The position numbers and the translations under genes were made by a program. Positions 1 through 10,996 of a DNA stretch of 49,156 nt are shown here, in pieces. Under the pieces are notes generated by a model that was given only the letters and a program-made list of their open reading frames with translations, had not been told where the DNA came from and made no database searches. Each line of letters starts with the position of its first letter. Within the stretch, counting starts at the first letter, position 1. This DNA is from Nitrospinota bacterium (GTDB lineage Bacteria > Nitrospinota > Nitrospinia > Nitrospinales > VA-1), in assembly GCA_014382285.1 (NCBI GenBank), contig JACNKA010000104.1, forward strand, positions 1 to 49,156. Reading direction: 5' to 3'.

Positions 1-53
1 AAACACTCTGGAATGAAAATCTCATCTCCAATGCTTGACATTTAACACAGTTG

Positions 54-87
54 CTTCGGGGCATGAAAGCCAGGGTTAGGTATCACA
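54..87 (+). repeat. Dispersed intergenic repeat, family 1 (CTTCGGGGCATGA-N13-15-TATCACA), copy 1
   Basis: cttcggggcatga-N14-tatcaca; the same motif pair occurs at about 32034-32066, 35839-35886 (minus) and 40937-40984. Confidence 0.6.
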
Positions 88-123
88 CACTCGCAACGAT
101 GGTAAAAATCAAATCACAAGTGG

Positions 124-1851
124 CTAGCTACCCCTACGGCCAGTAGTAATTGGAAGTCGCCGGTCTTTGCCGAAGGCTTTGGGGGTGATTTTTATGCCCG
201 GTGGACCTTGGCGGCGTTTGTATTCGTTGAGGTCAACCAGTCGGGCGATGCGCTGGATTTCGGCTTTGGAAAGTCCCTTCACTTTAATTTCTTCGAGAGA
301 TGCATCTTCTTCGATATAACGCAACAAAACCGGGTCGAGCAGGTCGTAGGGGGGCAATGAATCGGTGTCTTTTTGATCGGGGCGCAGTTCTGCCGAGGGT
401 TCTTTGGTGAGGACATTTTGTGGGATGATTATTTTGTCGCGGTTCAGCCAGCGTGAAAGTTGGTAAACCAAAACTTTCGGCACGTCTTTGATCACGGCGA
501 ACCCGCCTGCCATGTCGCCATAGAGGGTGCAGTAGCCCATACTGAACTCACTTTTGTTGCCGGTTGTTAAAACCATCCAGCCAAATTTATTGGAGAGCGC
601 CATCAGCAAGTTGCCGCGAATGCGGGCTTGCAGGTTTTCTTCTGCCAGGCCAGGTTCTGTGTCAGAGAAGGTTTCTTTCAAAATGTATTCATAAGCTTTC
701 ATCGCCGAAACGATGGGGAAGGTGAAAGTTTTTATTCTTAAATTTTTCGCCAACGCCAGCGAGTCATTCACACTGCCGGACGATGAATGCGGTGATGGCA
801 TCAGCACGCCGACCACATTGGCCGCACCCAATGCATCGACCGCTATGGCGGCGGTCAGGGATGAGTCGATGCCACCGCTCAAGCCCAAAATGACTTTGGA
901 GAATCCGTTTTTGCGAATGTAGTCGCGTGTGCCCAGCACCAGAGCTGAATAGACTTCTTCCTCTTCCGACTTTTCCATGTATGAGTGAGCGGGCAATGCC
1001 TGCAGCTTTTTTATTTTCGACAGAGAGGCCGGAGTCTTGACACTGCGAATCCCAACGACTTCTGCTTTGCTATTTTTGACTGGCAAAGTGATATAAGAAT
1101 AAATAATTTCTTCTTCAAAGGAGTTGGCTTGAGCGATGACTTCCCCGTCGGCAGTTACCACCAGGCTGTTGCCGTCGAACACCAACTCGTCTTGCCCCCC
1201 GACCAGATTGACATAGGCGATGGGGCATTTATAGGTTTTAGCGCGTTTGATAATCATCTGCCTGCGCGCCTGAGCTTTGCCTTTATGGTAAGGCGAGGAC
1301 GAGATGTTGAGTAGAAGGTCTATATGTTTGCTTAAAGATTTCCCCGGCCCCGACTCTTCCCAGATGTCTTCACAGATGGTGAGCCCGATTTGCACACCCT
1401 TCAAGGAAAAGCGCAGAGGTTCTTCCCCTTCGGTGAAATAGCGTTTCTCGTCGAACACACCATAATTGGGCAGGAGCATTTTGCGGGCGGTTGCCACATG
1501 TTTTCCGTCACACATTAAAGCGGCGGAATTATAAAGATGTTCGCCTTGTTGTTCGGCGAATCCGATAACGGCTGTCAGCCCACGTGTAGCGGGAGCGATT
1601 TTTTTTAACGTTTTTTTGCAATCTTCAAGAAAGCTTTTTTTCAGCAATAAATCTTCTGGCGGGTAGCCGGTGACCATCAGTTCGGGGAACAGCACCACAT
1701 CGGCACCCATTTTTCGGGCTTGGGTGCAGGCCGTTTTCACCTTTTCGGCATTGGCTTTGAATCCGCCCACCAACCCATTAGCTTGAACCAGCGCAAGGCA
1801 CAGGGAGACACTCCTCTTCGATTCAGTCGCTTTTTTTGTGCTTCGTGTCAT
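124..1851 (-). CDS. nadE: Glutamine-dependent NAD+ synthetase
   Basis: N-terminal nitrilase-type domain (FPEL, RKMLLP, TICEDIW giving the E-K-C triad) plus a C-terminal synthetase domain (GLSGGIDS, ENLQARIR, TGNKSE, PSAELRPDQKD, EYKRRQ). Confidence 0.95.
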   Translation of the reverse strand: MTRSTKKATESKRSVSLCLALVQANGLVGGFKANAEKVKTACTQARKMGADVVLFPELMVTGYPPEDLLLKKSFLEDCKKTLKKIAPATRGLTAVIGFAEQQGEHLYNSAALMCDGKHVATARKMLLPNYGVFDEKRYFTEGEEPLRFSLKGVQIGLTICEDIWEESGPGKSLSKHIDLLLNISSSPYHKGKAQARRQMIIKRAKTYKCPIAYVNLVGGQDELVFDGNSLVVTADGEVIAQANSFEEEIIYSYITLPVKNSKAEVVGIRSVKTPASLSKIKKLQALPAHSYMEKSEEEEVYSALVLGTRDYIRKNGFSKVILGLSGGIDSSLTAAIAVDALGAANVVGVLMPSPHSSSGSVNDSLALAKNLRIKTFTFPIVSAMKAYEYILKETFSDTEPGLAEENLQARIRGNLLMALSNKFGWMVLTTGNKSEFSMGYCTLYGDMAGGFAVIKDVPKVLVYQLSRWLNRDKIIIPQNVLTKEPSAELRPDQKDTDSLPPYDLLDPVLLRYIEEDASLEEIKVKGLSKAEIQRIARLVDLNEYKRRQGPPGIKITPKAFGKDRRLPITTGRRGS

Positions 1852-1945
1852 AGAATTAAATTTTGCGGAATACCGTATTTTGCATTACTGTGGATTATAC
1901 TATACTCCTGAATAAAACCAATCTTGAGGCGTTGTCGAAGTCCCT

Positions 1946-2383
1946 ATGAGCGAAGCTGAAACTAATCCTGCTGAAGAAAGCATCAAACACTCCATTCGCA
2001 AGAATGGGTTTCCTGAGAAGATTGTCCGCCTGCCCTTCAAACCGGTTTATGATGCCTGCAAAAAACACGGGTCGTCACTGACAGATGTGTTGGACAAACT
2101 TCAGGATGAACAGATTTTCGGCAAGATCGTTGGCAACCATGTGGAGTTTCGTGCGCGGGACAAAATTGACTTAAAAGCACCGGACGGAAAACCATCGGAT
2201 GAGTTTTCCTGGGTCAAGGGTGCCGCCAACCTGAAAGGGTTTCAAGACGCCGCCAAGGATGCTATGGGGAAGATGACTCCCGAGCAAATGGCGGACGCAC
2301 GTAAAATGATTGAGGACATGAGCGATCAGGAAAAAATGGACATCCTGAAAATGTTCACCCAGCGCTTTGATTCCGGAAAATAA
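1946..2383 (+). CDS. Hypothetical protein with a Met-rich helical C-terminus
   Basis: 145-aa ORF divergent from nadE with protein-like composition; no family recognised. Confidence 0.75.
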   Translation: MSEAETNPAEESIKHSIRKNGFPEKIVRLPFKPVYDACKKHGSSLTDVLDKLQDEQIFGKIVGNHVEFRARDKIDLKAPDGKPSDEFSWVKGAANLKGFQDAAKDAMGKMTPEQMADARKMIEDMSDQEKMDILKMFTQRFDSGK

Positions 2384-2408
2384 ACAATACAGGACACCAT
2401 AAAAAACT

Positions 2409-3266
2409 ATGTTGATCTTCGCTAAAGACATCGGAAAAAGAGACCACAAGCACGCACTCGAAGACAAGCTGCCCGAGTTGAAACAGTATATGGAATACCA
2501 GCGCAAGCTATTCCCTTACACAGTGGTGCGGGCGGGACTGGACCTGGCCTACAAAGAGCTCGATGACATTCTGGATTTTGTCGAAAACGGTTACCGGCCG
2601 CCGCAAGACTCTTCGCGGCAGGAATATCCGACGGATGTCAACCAGTGGTACAAAAGCCGGTTCCCCTGGTCATCGGCGTTCTTGAGAATGGAAGATATGC
2701 ATTTCGCACTGGTCGTTCTCGTTAAGGCGATGGATTCCTTTGGCACCCACGAACAGGTCAACGCCTATCACTGGGCTGTGCTCTATGATTCTGTCCACAA
2801 TATCATTCAAGTTTATAATGATCTGGTTCAGAACGACCCTGGTAATTCCCGCGATATTCATTTGAGCAATGCAGTAGAAGTGAACTTCGATGACTTCATC
2901 AACAATTACTGGCCTGATCTGGATTTCATGACTTTTTCTCAGGCCGACTACCCTCATGCCCGTCATCAGGAAAGAAAAAGTTTACTGGAAGAAGAAATCA
3001 AGGACGTCATGTCAGAAGGCGTAGAGCCTCTGGTCGCTTTGGAAAAGCTTGAACCCCCATTCAGGCTTGACGGAGCTACTTTAAAACTTCTCAGGCGGGA
3101 CCCGGTCGAAACCCGGTTCCTCGAATTAAAAGGGTTTCCTGATACTGGCAACGAGTTTGACAGTATCTATAACGAGTATGTCGAAGACCCTCAGCACGGC
3201 AAACTGAGTGTTATTGATGCGGAGTACATTAAAACCGGGTTACGCCCGGTGGAAATAGAGCAATAG
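2409..3266 (+). CDS. Hypothetical protein
   Basis: 285-aa ORF 25 bp after the previous gene; acidic and aromatic-rich; no family recognised. Confidence 0.8.
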   Translation: MLIFAKDIGKRDHKHALEDKLPELKQYMEYQRKLFPYTVVRAGLDLAYKELDDILDFVENGYRPPQDSSRQEYPTDVNQWYKSRFPWSSAFLRMEDMHFALVVLVKAMDSFGTHEQVNAYHWAVLYDSVHNIIQVYNDLVQNDPGNSRDIHLSNAVEVNFDDFINNYWPDLDFMTFSQADYPHARHQERKSLLEEEIKDVMSEGVEPLVALEKLEPPFRLDGATLKLLRRDPVETRFLELKGFPDTGNEFDSIYNEYVEDPQHGKLSVIDAEYIKTGLRPVEIEQ

Positions 3267-3281
3267 CCCATCGAGCCGTAA

Positions 3282-3333
3282 ACATCGTTGCCAGCGGTAG
3301 GTGTGATATTCTTCTAAGCCTGCGGAGCATGAA
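3282..3333. repeat. Degenerate or rearranged member of repeat family 1 between convergent genes
   Basis: Contains gtgtgata (reverse complement of tatcacac), atcgttgc (reverse complement of gcaacgat, which follows copy 1) and cctgcggagcatgaag. Confidence 0.35.
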
Positions 3334-3338
3334 GGCAG

Positions 3339-6300
3339 TTATAGCTTACCGACTCCACGTCGAGTGGGCGCAGCAAACCCAAGATAACCCGATTCAGTTT
3401 TCTGGATGTTCGGTGCCGGTTTTTTCAGAGTAATGGAAGCTGTGTCGTCCACTTTCTGCCTGTCCCGCTTCTTCCTCTTTGCGGTTCTCTGCCTGGAGCG
3501 AGTCTTTTTATCCGAGTCTTTTCTTTCAGCCACTTCCAGTGTCGGTTGCTTCGGGCCTCCCCAGAAAGACTGGCTCACTTCCATGCCATCAAATTTTCCA
3601 TCGGTTCCCGCAGCCAGCTCAACCAGTTCAAATTTTTTACTGAAAAGATCTGCCGTGAAGGGGCCATTGGGAGAACTGGCGATATGATCTACCGGTGTCT
3701 TTTCTACATAGTTTTGATCATTCAATTGGAAGATATCAAATTTAAGCTGTTGAGTGGTGCCGTCAGAAAGTTGGCCCAGAGTTTTCCCCGTACCGGGTAT
3801 GAGTTCGTTTCTGATATCGCGACGAACAAACAAACATAATCCGGCAGCCACACAATTTGTTTTTCCAGAAATCAGCCCTTCAAATGAAACCTCGACACCG
3901 CCGCCAGCATTATTAATATTAAAAATATCCAGATCATCAAACTCGAAGATGTTGACTTTCCCCGATGTAGAATTGTCGATATCTACGGAATTGACTTTCG
4001 TTTCAATAGCGTTATCTGCACCGAACCCGGTTACCAGATCCGCTACCAGTCTGCCATTTGCCGCATCAATATCAAGCCACGCACTGGTATCGCCCCCGAT
4101 TCTGGTTGAGCTTGGCGGGAATGCAGTACCACCATCGACCACCCCGCCGCTGCTTGAAGTCAACGTCACCGCCGTGTCCGAAGAACTGCTGGTCTTAACC
4201 AAGCCGAGGGTAATGTCTTCATCGGCAGAGAGGACCAGAGTTCCGGAACCCGCGTTCATCACCGTTCCATTCGCCATGGTCAACGCTCCGCCTGAACCGT
4301 TTTTGTCGAGATCGTTGTCAGCGGTGACGGTGATATTTCCGGACGTGGTGGTCAAGTCGCCGGCAGCGGTGAAAATGATGTCATCGTCTGCGCGGAGGCT
4401 GATAGAATCACCGGCTGACCCCGCGCCTGCCACATTCAAAGAATTATCTCCCCCCACTGTCACACTGAGATTTCTACCAACAGTGGAAGTAGAAAGAGTC
4501 ACCGCATTATTGCTGACCAATGTGGCATCGCCGGTTCCTGAAGTGTTCAAGCTCACCGCGCCGGTGAACGCATTAGATGTGTTGTCCAGAAGGATTGCCT
4601 GATTGGCAACATCTGTGGTGAAGATGGATGTCCCCGCTATTGTTAAAGCTCCTGTATCCGTGATCGCCCCGCCTGAAGTGACGCTCAAATTTCCAGTCGT
4701 GGTCACATTCACTCCGAAGTCCACCCCTCCCGTTCCCGCGTCCACAGTCAGGCTATTGAATGAAGATGCGGTGGAAGAAAAGTTCACTGCGCCCGCACCA
4801 GAATTTGCGATCAAAGTCAGCGGTGTAGAAGTTGAAGTCACCCCATCCACCGTGATTGTTCCATTCGTCGCACTCCCTATGGTCAGGTTACTGGCAGTGA
4901 TCTGAGCCAGATCGGCACTACTGAGAGAAAAAACACCCGCACCACCTCCGAGTCCAATCGTGTCTCCCGATTGGGAAACCTGCAAGGTAGTTCCCGCAGT
5001 ACCAGAGTTGATCACACCGTCCGTATTGAGGGACATGCTTTTGGAAGTAATGCTCAACGTGTTGTTAGTTGTATTGAGCGTTTTAAGAGAGTCGATCGTA
5101 AAACTTCCAGTGCCGGTACTGTTTGAATCCGAATTAAAAGTTGTTGTGCCATTAGTAGTCAGGTTTGAAGAAAGTGTGATGCCATCTCCCGCATTCACCG
5201 TCAAGCCTTGAAAAAAGGAGTCCGTGGTTCCAAAAGTGATCGAAGATGCGGAAGCCGTCGCGTTCAATGTGAGTGCGCCAAACTGGTCGCTGTTGGCAGA
5301 GAGAACTCCATCGACTGTGATATTTCCATTCGTGCCATCACCGATGCTAAGGCTACCGGCTGTTATACTTGCTAGTTCCGTATTACTCAGGCTCATGCTA
5401 CCTGTCGTTCCCAGCCCGATAGAAGTTCCTGACTGAGAAGCCAGAATTGTCGTGCCCGCAGTTCCACTACTAAGAGTACTGCTCAAGTCCAGATCTACCG
5501 CAGTAATGGAGAGAGCATTGTTTCCGGTACTCAGTGTCGAGGCAATGGTGAGTGTACCTGCACCCGTATTATCCGTATCGGCATCAAAAGTCGTAGTGCC
5601 TGCCGATGTGAAAGTATTACTTATGGTAATGCCATCGGTTGCGTTTAACGTTATTGCGCCCGGGGTAGTAATGCCACCAGTGGTCGCGTTCAATGCAAGA
5701 GAACCCGTTGCCGAGACAGTGTTGCTGTTGATGACCAAGCCATTGGTGCCTGTTAATGTAAGAGCACCCTGTCCAGTAATGGTTCCACCGCTTTGACCAA
5801 TGGTCAGTTTTCCTGTCGAGCTAAAACTGTTGCTGGCAGAAAAAGTGATGCTGCCATTCACAAGGTTGATATCGCCGGTGCCAGTGATACGGGTCTGCTC
5901 GGTGGTGTCAATATTCATCCCGAAACCGGAACTGAACCCGATGCCCAAAGAACCTCCATCTGAAACATTAATGCTGGTCGAGCTAGTGCCACTGGCAAGT
6001 GTTCCAGTCAAAGTTAGGTCATTGGCAGTCACCGTTAATGCGTTGTTGGTGGTCGATAAAGTGCCTGAGGAAATAATAAAATCACCTGAACCATTATTGT
6101 CGAGATCTGCATCCAGAACCACTGCGCCATTAGCAGCGAAACTGTTTGCCAGGGTTATTCCCGAATTGGCATTGAGTGTCGCCGACCCGGCTGAAGTCAA
6201 TGCGTCACTGACCGTGATACTGCCATTCGAGGAAAGTGTGAGCGCTCCATTTGCGGTGATCGATCCTCCCGAAGCGCCCAGGGTAATGTTTCCGGCCGAT

Positions 6301-9005
6301 GAGGTGATACCCATACCACTGGCAAGTGTTAGCCCTGTGCCACCTTGAAGGGTGATATTGCCCGCACCCGTCAGTGTACTGTTGTTCAAGGTAAGGCCAC
6401 TGATGGCTGTCATGGCTACTGCTCCCGTAGAAGTCAGGGCGCTATTAACGTTTATCGTAGACCCAGCAAGAGTCAGGCTCCCTAAAGAAGTGGCATTACC
6501 TGCGGCAAGAGTCAATGCGCCTGCCGAGTTCAAAGCAACTCCACTTGCTAGCGACAAGGTTGAAGAATTTGCGTTGATGTTTAAAGTGCCGCCGGATGAA
6601 GTAGTAATATTATTATTTAAAGTGATACCGGAAGTTGCGGTCAGGGCAACGGCCCCGGCCGCAGTCAGGTTGCCGGTCAGGGTAATGCTGGAGGGTGCGG
6701 TCAAGGTTAAAGCTCCGGCGGAGGATATTCCGCCAGTCGTCGCGCTCAGTGAAATGTCCCCCGCACTGGTTAAGATGACCCCGCTGGCAATGCTGATATC
6801 ATCCTGTGGCACCACATTCTCAGCAATGTTATTGGAGTCCCCGTCCAGAGTCAGTGCTCCGGCGGTGGTCGTCAGGTTGGCATTGACGTCTATGCCATTT
6901 ACTGCATCAGCCGTTAAAGTCGAGAAAGTGGACGCGCCTTGAAAAAATATCCCTCCTTGTGCACCGGAAATATGTGCGTCTTTCAGTTCCACTCCGCTGG
7001 TGAAGGTACTCGTGGTCTGTGTCACCCCATCAACATAGATAGCCCCGTTATTCGCACTGCCGTTGACGATGAGTTTGCTGCCTCTCATTTTGCCAAGGTC
7101 ACTGTTGCTGATTGTCATGTCACAGGTTCCGGAACACGTAGTGCTTCCAAGACCTATTTCCGTAGTGCTGGACCCGGTTATACTGATGTTACCCGCCCCG
7201 GCGTTTAAGATTGTTGAGGAGCCGGGTAATAACAAGTCCCCAGCGGTCAGAGAAATATCCCCCCCATTAGAGGTCAGATTGCCCAGAGTCAAGTCTCCGC
7301 TTGTGTTAAAAGTTATGTTTCCACCTTGAGTAGATATCGTGTCTTGAGTATCAGAAAAACTAATGGTGCCGTTTGTGACTTTGAAGGTGACCGAGTTGCC
7401 ACTGGTTTGCGCCATGTTGAGCAGGTTGTCGCTGAGGTTGTTCAACACAATACTGTCGTTAGCCAGAAGGATGACGTTTGTGGACGCGGATGCGCCCTCA
7501 AGAGTTTGCTCAGAAATAGTGGCATTGTTTACAGATTGGAAGTTAATGGTTACAGCACCACTGGTGCTGGCCCCTGCGCCATCCGTTATAGTGATCGTGT
7601 CCGGGTCAAGAAGCAGGGTTCCGGTTTTGCCATTAGCAGCGGTGGTGTCCACCGAGCCATCAAAATATAATTCTTCTTTTCCGGATACCTCTACAAACCC
7701 GCCATCGCCAAAATATTTGCCACCGCGACCTTTAACAATACCGAAAAACCGCATACGCCGGTCGGCCCAGAAAATCATCCTGCCACCGTTGCCATTAGTC
7801 ACGGCATCTGCAAAGGTCTGAGTATTTGGTCCAACATATACATCTGTCGCGTTAGGAACCGTGCCGAGACCTTGATAGTCACCACCAAAAAGAAGTGTGC
7901 CTCCACCCAGATCGCCGGAAACATCAATGAGGCCAGTGCCGGAAAAATCCAGCATGTCACCCAGGACATGAACGGTACCCCCTGTTTCCCCTGCATCGTA
8001 GCCCGAGGCATCCAATGTACCCGATACACTGACTGCGCCAGCATCACCTCCCATGAGGATGATTGTTCCGTTTTGCTCAGCCACCGAATGCGCCTGAATG
8101 ACGCCATCCATATTGATCACCCGATCCACAATATTCTAGGCTGCATTAACATCCAGCTGAACCACTCCGCCATCGGCAAAGATGCTTCCGCTATTGGTGA
8201 CAAGAGAAGACAAAACTTCTCCATCCATTCCGGTCACTTGCCCCATCACCTGACTATCCACTGCCAGGTTGATGAGCTGGTCGCCATACAAATCCACCGT
8301 AAAAGTTTTTCCGGAAGCCAGGCTCACCTTGCCCAAACGCGCGTTGATAACTCCCATGTTCTGCACACCGGGAGCGACCAGAGCAACCAGCCCGCCTTCG
8401 GCCGCTGTAATGCTACCCTGATTGACCACCGTCGAAGCCAGACTGGAAGGAACGCCGAAGTTATAATTGCTGCTCAAAAAATCTGCATTGGTAATATCGC
8501 TGGTGGTCGCGAGCAAGCCATGAACATCCACCTGCGCCCCAGCACCAAAAAGAATTCCGTTGGGATTGATCAGCCAGAGATCGCCGTTTGATGTCAACTT
8601 ACCAAAAATCTGCGAAACATCGTTTCCAGTTACCCGGTTGAGCGTGACGCCGCCCTGGGATAATTGAAAATCAACCTGCTCAGTACTGCCAATTCCAAAC
8701 CCCTGCCAGTCGATGATGGCTTTTTCGGTAGTTTGATGAATGGTCATTTGCTGAGAAGAAGGCTGATCGATGGTGGCCGACCCGGCTTGAACTGTCCCGC
8801 CAGTAGGAAGAGCAAAGACCATGGAAGGAAAAATGCCAATAAGATAAGACAAAAATGAAACCAGAAAAATAGCCGTATTGCTCGGTTTTTTCGGAATCCG
8901 AAAAACTCCTCCCCTGCGACGGGTCACGTCCACCGGCTTGGCAGGCAACGAGCAACCGGCGGCTGCGCCGGGGAATGCCCTCTGATTCATTTTAAAAACG
9001 TTCAT
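3339..9005 (-). pseudogene. TpsA filamentous-haemagglutinin-family exoprotein (about 1888 codons) interrupted by one in-frame TAG at 8136-8138
   Basis: ORFs 8136..9005 and 3339..8129 are in the same frame and read VNAA*NIVDRVINMDG across the junction. The N-terminal part has an extended signal peptide (…SMVFA|LPTGG) and a TPS secretion domain (INPNGILFG). The rest is G/S/T/N-rich beta-helix repeats. It lies next to tpsB. Confidence 0.8.
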
Positions 9006-9031
9006 AAAGTTCCCTAAAACTTTGCCGATAG
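9005..9031 (+). promoter_or_regulatory. Putative sigma-28 (FliA) promoter, antisense to tpsB
   Basis: TAAAGTTC-N11-GCCGATAG versus the FliA consensus TAAAGTTT-N11-GCCGATAA. Confidence 0.45.
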
Positions 9032-10747
9032 GCTGAAAAAAGCTCGTCCGTCATTGTTACCTTCTGAAGCCACCTCTCGACTTAGCGGCTTGTTCCATTC
9101 CATATATCCGGAGATCACATCCGTTATGTTGAACCGGACGCCGAGTCCCAACGAATAAAGATCCTGAGATCTGGAACCTGTGGCGATCTCAATGCGATTC
9201 CACACCTTTCCGTAATCGAAAAAGGTGTAAGCCTGCACATCTCTGAAGTATTTTTTCTTTGGCTGAAAAGCTTTTTGGAGTTCCAGCTTAAAAGCCAGTC
9301 CCTGATCTCCAGTAATTTCAGAAGAATCATAAGCCCGACCAAACTGCGCGCCACCCACACCAAATTCTTCGGAAGCCAAAAGTTTTTCAAACGAATACTG
9401 CCAGGAAAGTGCTCCCAGCAACATCCATGAAGGTGCCAGTTGTTGCAGCCGAAGTGCCTCGCCGGTCACCTTGGTGAAGTCGCTATGGCCTGTCGGACGG
9501 GTAAGTTTTTCTGTTCCCGTTTCCGTTGAGTCGAAAATATCAAAGCCCTTGCTCAAATTAAAACTGATCAGATTGATCCCTCGATATTTGTCAACAAAAT
9601 CGTAGGACACCCCCAGATTAAAGATACGAAGGCGGTCTTCTGAATCCAGTGTCCCCAAAATCTCCGTTTCCGTGTCTCGGTTCGTATAACCTACGAATCC
9701 ATTCAGATTTTCAGATCTGGATCGGATGAAGGGATGCGTCAGTTTGAGCGTGAAGGTTTTGCTTTCTCCCACCACCTCAAAATCTTTGAGGGCGGAACCG
9801 GGTTCGGAATCACTGAATGATCCGGAAAAAAACAGTTTGGTGCCTTCCGCAGATATAGGTTGCTCATAGAAGCCGCTAAAAAACTTCAACTCATCCGTAC
9901 TACTGGTCACCACGCCCTGTAAGCCGATGCGCTCATAGTTTTTGAGAAGCGCATTGCTGGACATCCCGGCATTGATCTGGATCGGTCCGTTAAACTTAGT
10001 GCCTCGGTTGTCCGCACCAAAACTTCCGTCATAGCCTTTATTAGTAAGAATCAGTGTCAGGTTAGTGGCACCCTGTTTAAACTTCGAAGGAGTCAGAACC
10101 GATTTGACCGAAACCCCCGGCAAGTCATCCACCAAAAGTAAATATCTTTCAAGGTCCCTGGCTTTCAGAGGTCGGGATTTTAAAAGTGCCTTTCGATATT
10201 CGTTGAGAAGTTTTCGTGGACCGCGCACCTGGCCTTGAATAGCAACCCGATCAACAAAACCCTCAATCACATCAATTTGAACCACGCCCTCCTCAATTTT
10301 CTGAGGAGGCACCACTGCCTTGGAAAGAATGTATCCATCGGTGCGATACATATTTGTGATTTCCTGAGCGATGATATAAACCTGCTCAAGGTTTACTCTT
10401 CGATGCAGATACTTTCTGAACAACCGAGAAAATTTTCGCTTGCCATAAATCGTTGAGCCTTTGATGACCATTCTCTGGAGAAGAAAATTCACCTTCCTCA
10501 TCTCGGCTGGAAAAGAAGGCTTTAAGCTGTCCGGTTTTACAGGAACCCTCTGCGATTGAGGATATTCCTGTTTTTTGAATCTCTCTTCAAACCGGCCTGG
10601 GGCCGCCTGTTTATAAGTCTGATCCCGTCCCTGAGGGGTAATTTGAGCGTAGGTTAGCGATGCCATAGAACTCCACCAAAGGCAGACAAAAACCCCTATT
10701 AGCAATATTTTGCTAAAAATTCGATTATTTGTCTGGTCCCAGTTCAT
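9014..10747 (-). CDS. TpsB (ShlB/FhaC/HecB family) two-partner secretion outer-membrane transporter
   Basis: Signal peptide, POTRA motifs (ITNMYRTDGYILSKAVVPPQ, VIEGFV), DNRGT motif, beta-barrel with GRAY loop and C-terminal Phe. Start placed at MNWDQ (10747); the ORF is open to 10906. Confidence 0.92.
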   Translation of the reverse strand: MNWDQTNNRIFSKILLIGVFVCLWWSSMASLTYAQITPQGRDQTYKQAAPGRFEERFKKQEYPQSQRVPVKPDSLKPSFPAEMRKVNFLLQRMVIKGSTIYGKRKFSRLFRKYLHRRVNLEQVYIIAQEITNMYRTDGYILSKAVVPPQKIEEGVVQIDVIEGFVDRVAIQGQVRGPRKLLNEYRKALLKSRPLKARDLERYLLLVDDLPGVSVKSVLTPSKFKQGATNLTLILTNKGYDGSFGADNRGTKFNGPIQINAGMSSNALLKNYERIGLQGVVTSSTDELKFFSGFYEQPISAEGTKLFFSGSFSDSEPGSALKDFEVVGESKTFTLKLTHPFIRSRSENLNGFVGYTNRDTETEILGTLDSEDRLRIFNLGVSYDFVDKYRGINLISFNLSKGFDIFDSTETGTEKLTRPTGHSDFTKVTGEALRLQQLAPSWMLLGALSWQYSFEKLLASEEFGVGGAQFGRAYDSSEITGDQGLAFKLELQKAFQPKKKYFRDVQAYTFFDYGKVWNRIEIATGSRSQDLYSLGLGVRFNITDVISGYMEWNKPLSREVASEGNNDGRAFFSLSAKF

Positions 10748-10996
10748 ACATCTTTCCCCGTTCTTAACGGCATAAAGGGGTCTAAAGTTAAGCGTTTCTG
10801 ACATCCACCAAAATCCTTGAAATACCGAATACAAAGGGGTTACATGTTTTTCACCGGAAGCAAAACCCAACGGCCAACTCTGCAATAATCTGAATTTATT
10901 ACCCATAAATCAGCGTGTTTCACCCTTCAACCCAGGCCAGAAAACCCTTTGTTTCAATTAACCCCAAAATTGGGCGTAGTTGTTCGCAAGAAGGTG

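Noticed and set aside
8136-8138. Genome-wide TAG recoding or pyrrolysine readthrough
   Set aside because: TAG is the normal stop of nadE, tpsB, lon, elbB and smc at their expected C-termini, and there are no pyl genes in the window.
3406-8858. Many plus-strand ORFs (60-282 aa) opposite tpsA
   Set aside because: Antisense shadows of a low-complexity G/S/T/N-rich coding strand; no RBS or protein-like features. The same applies to the shadow ORFs over clpX, lon, smc and the carbamoyltransferase.
3339-9005. Contact-dependent inhibition (CdiA/CdiI) interpretation of the TPS locus
   Set aside because: No VENN or pre-toxin motif, no recognisable toxin domain and no co-oriented immunity gene; the next gene is convergent.
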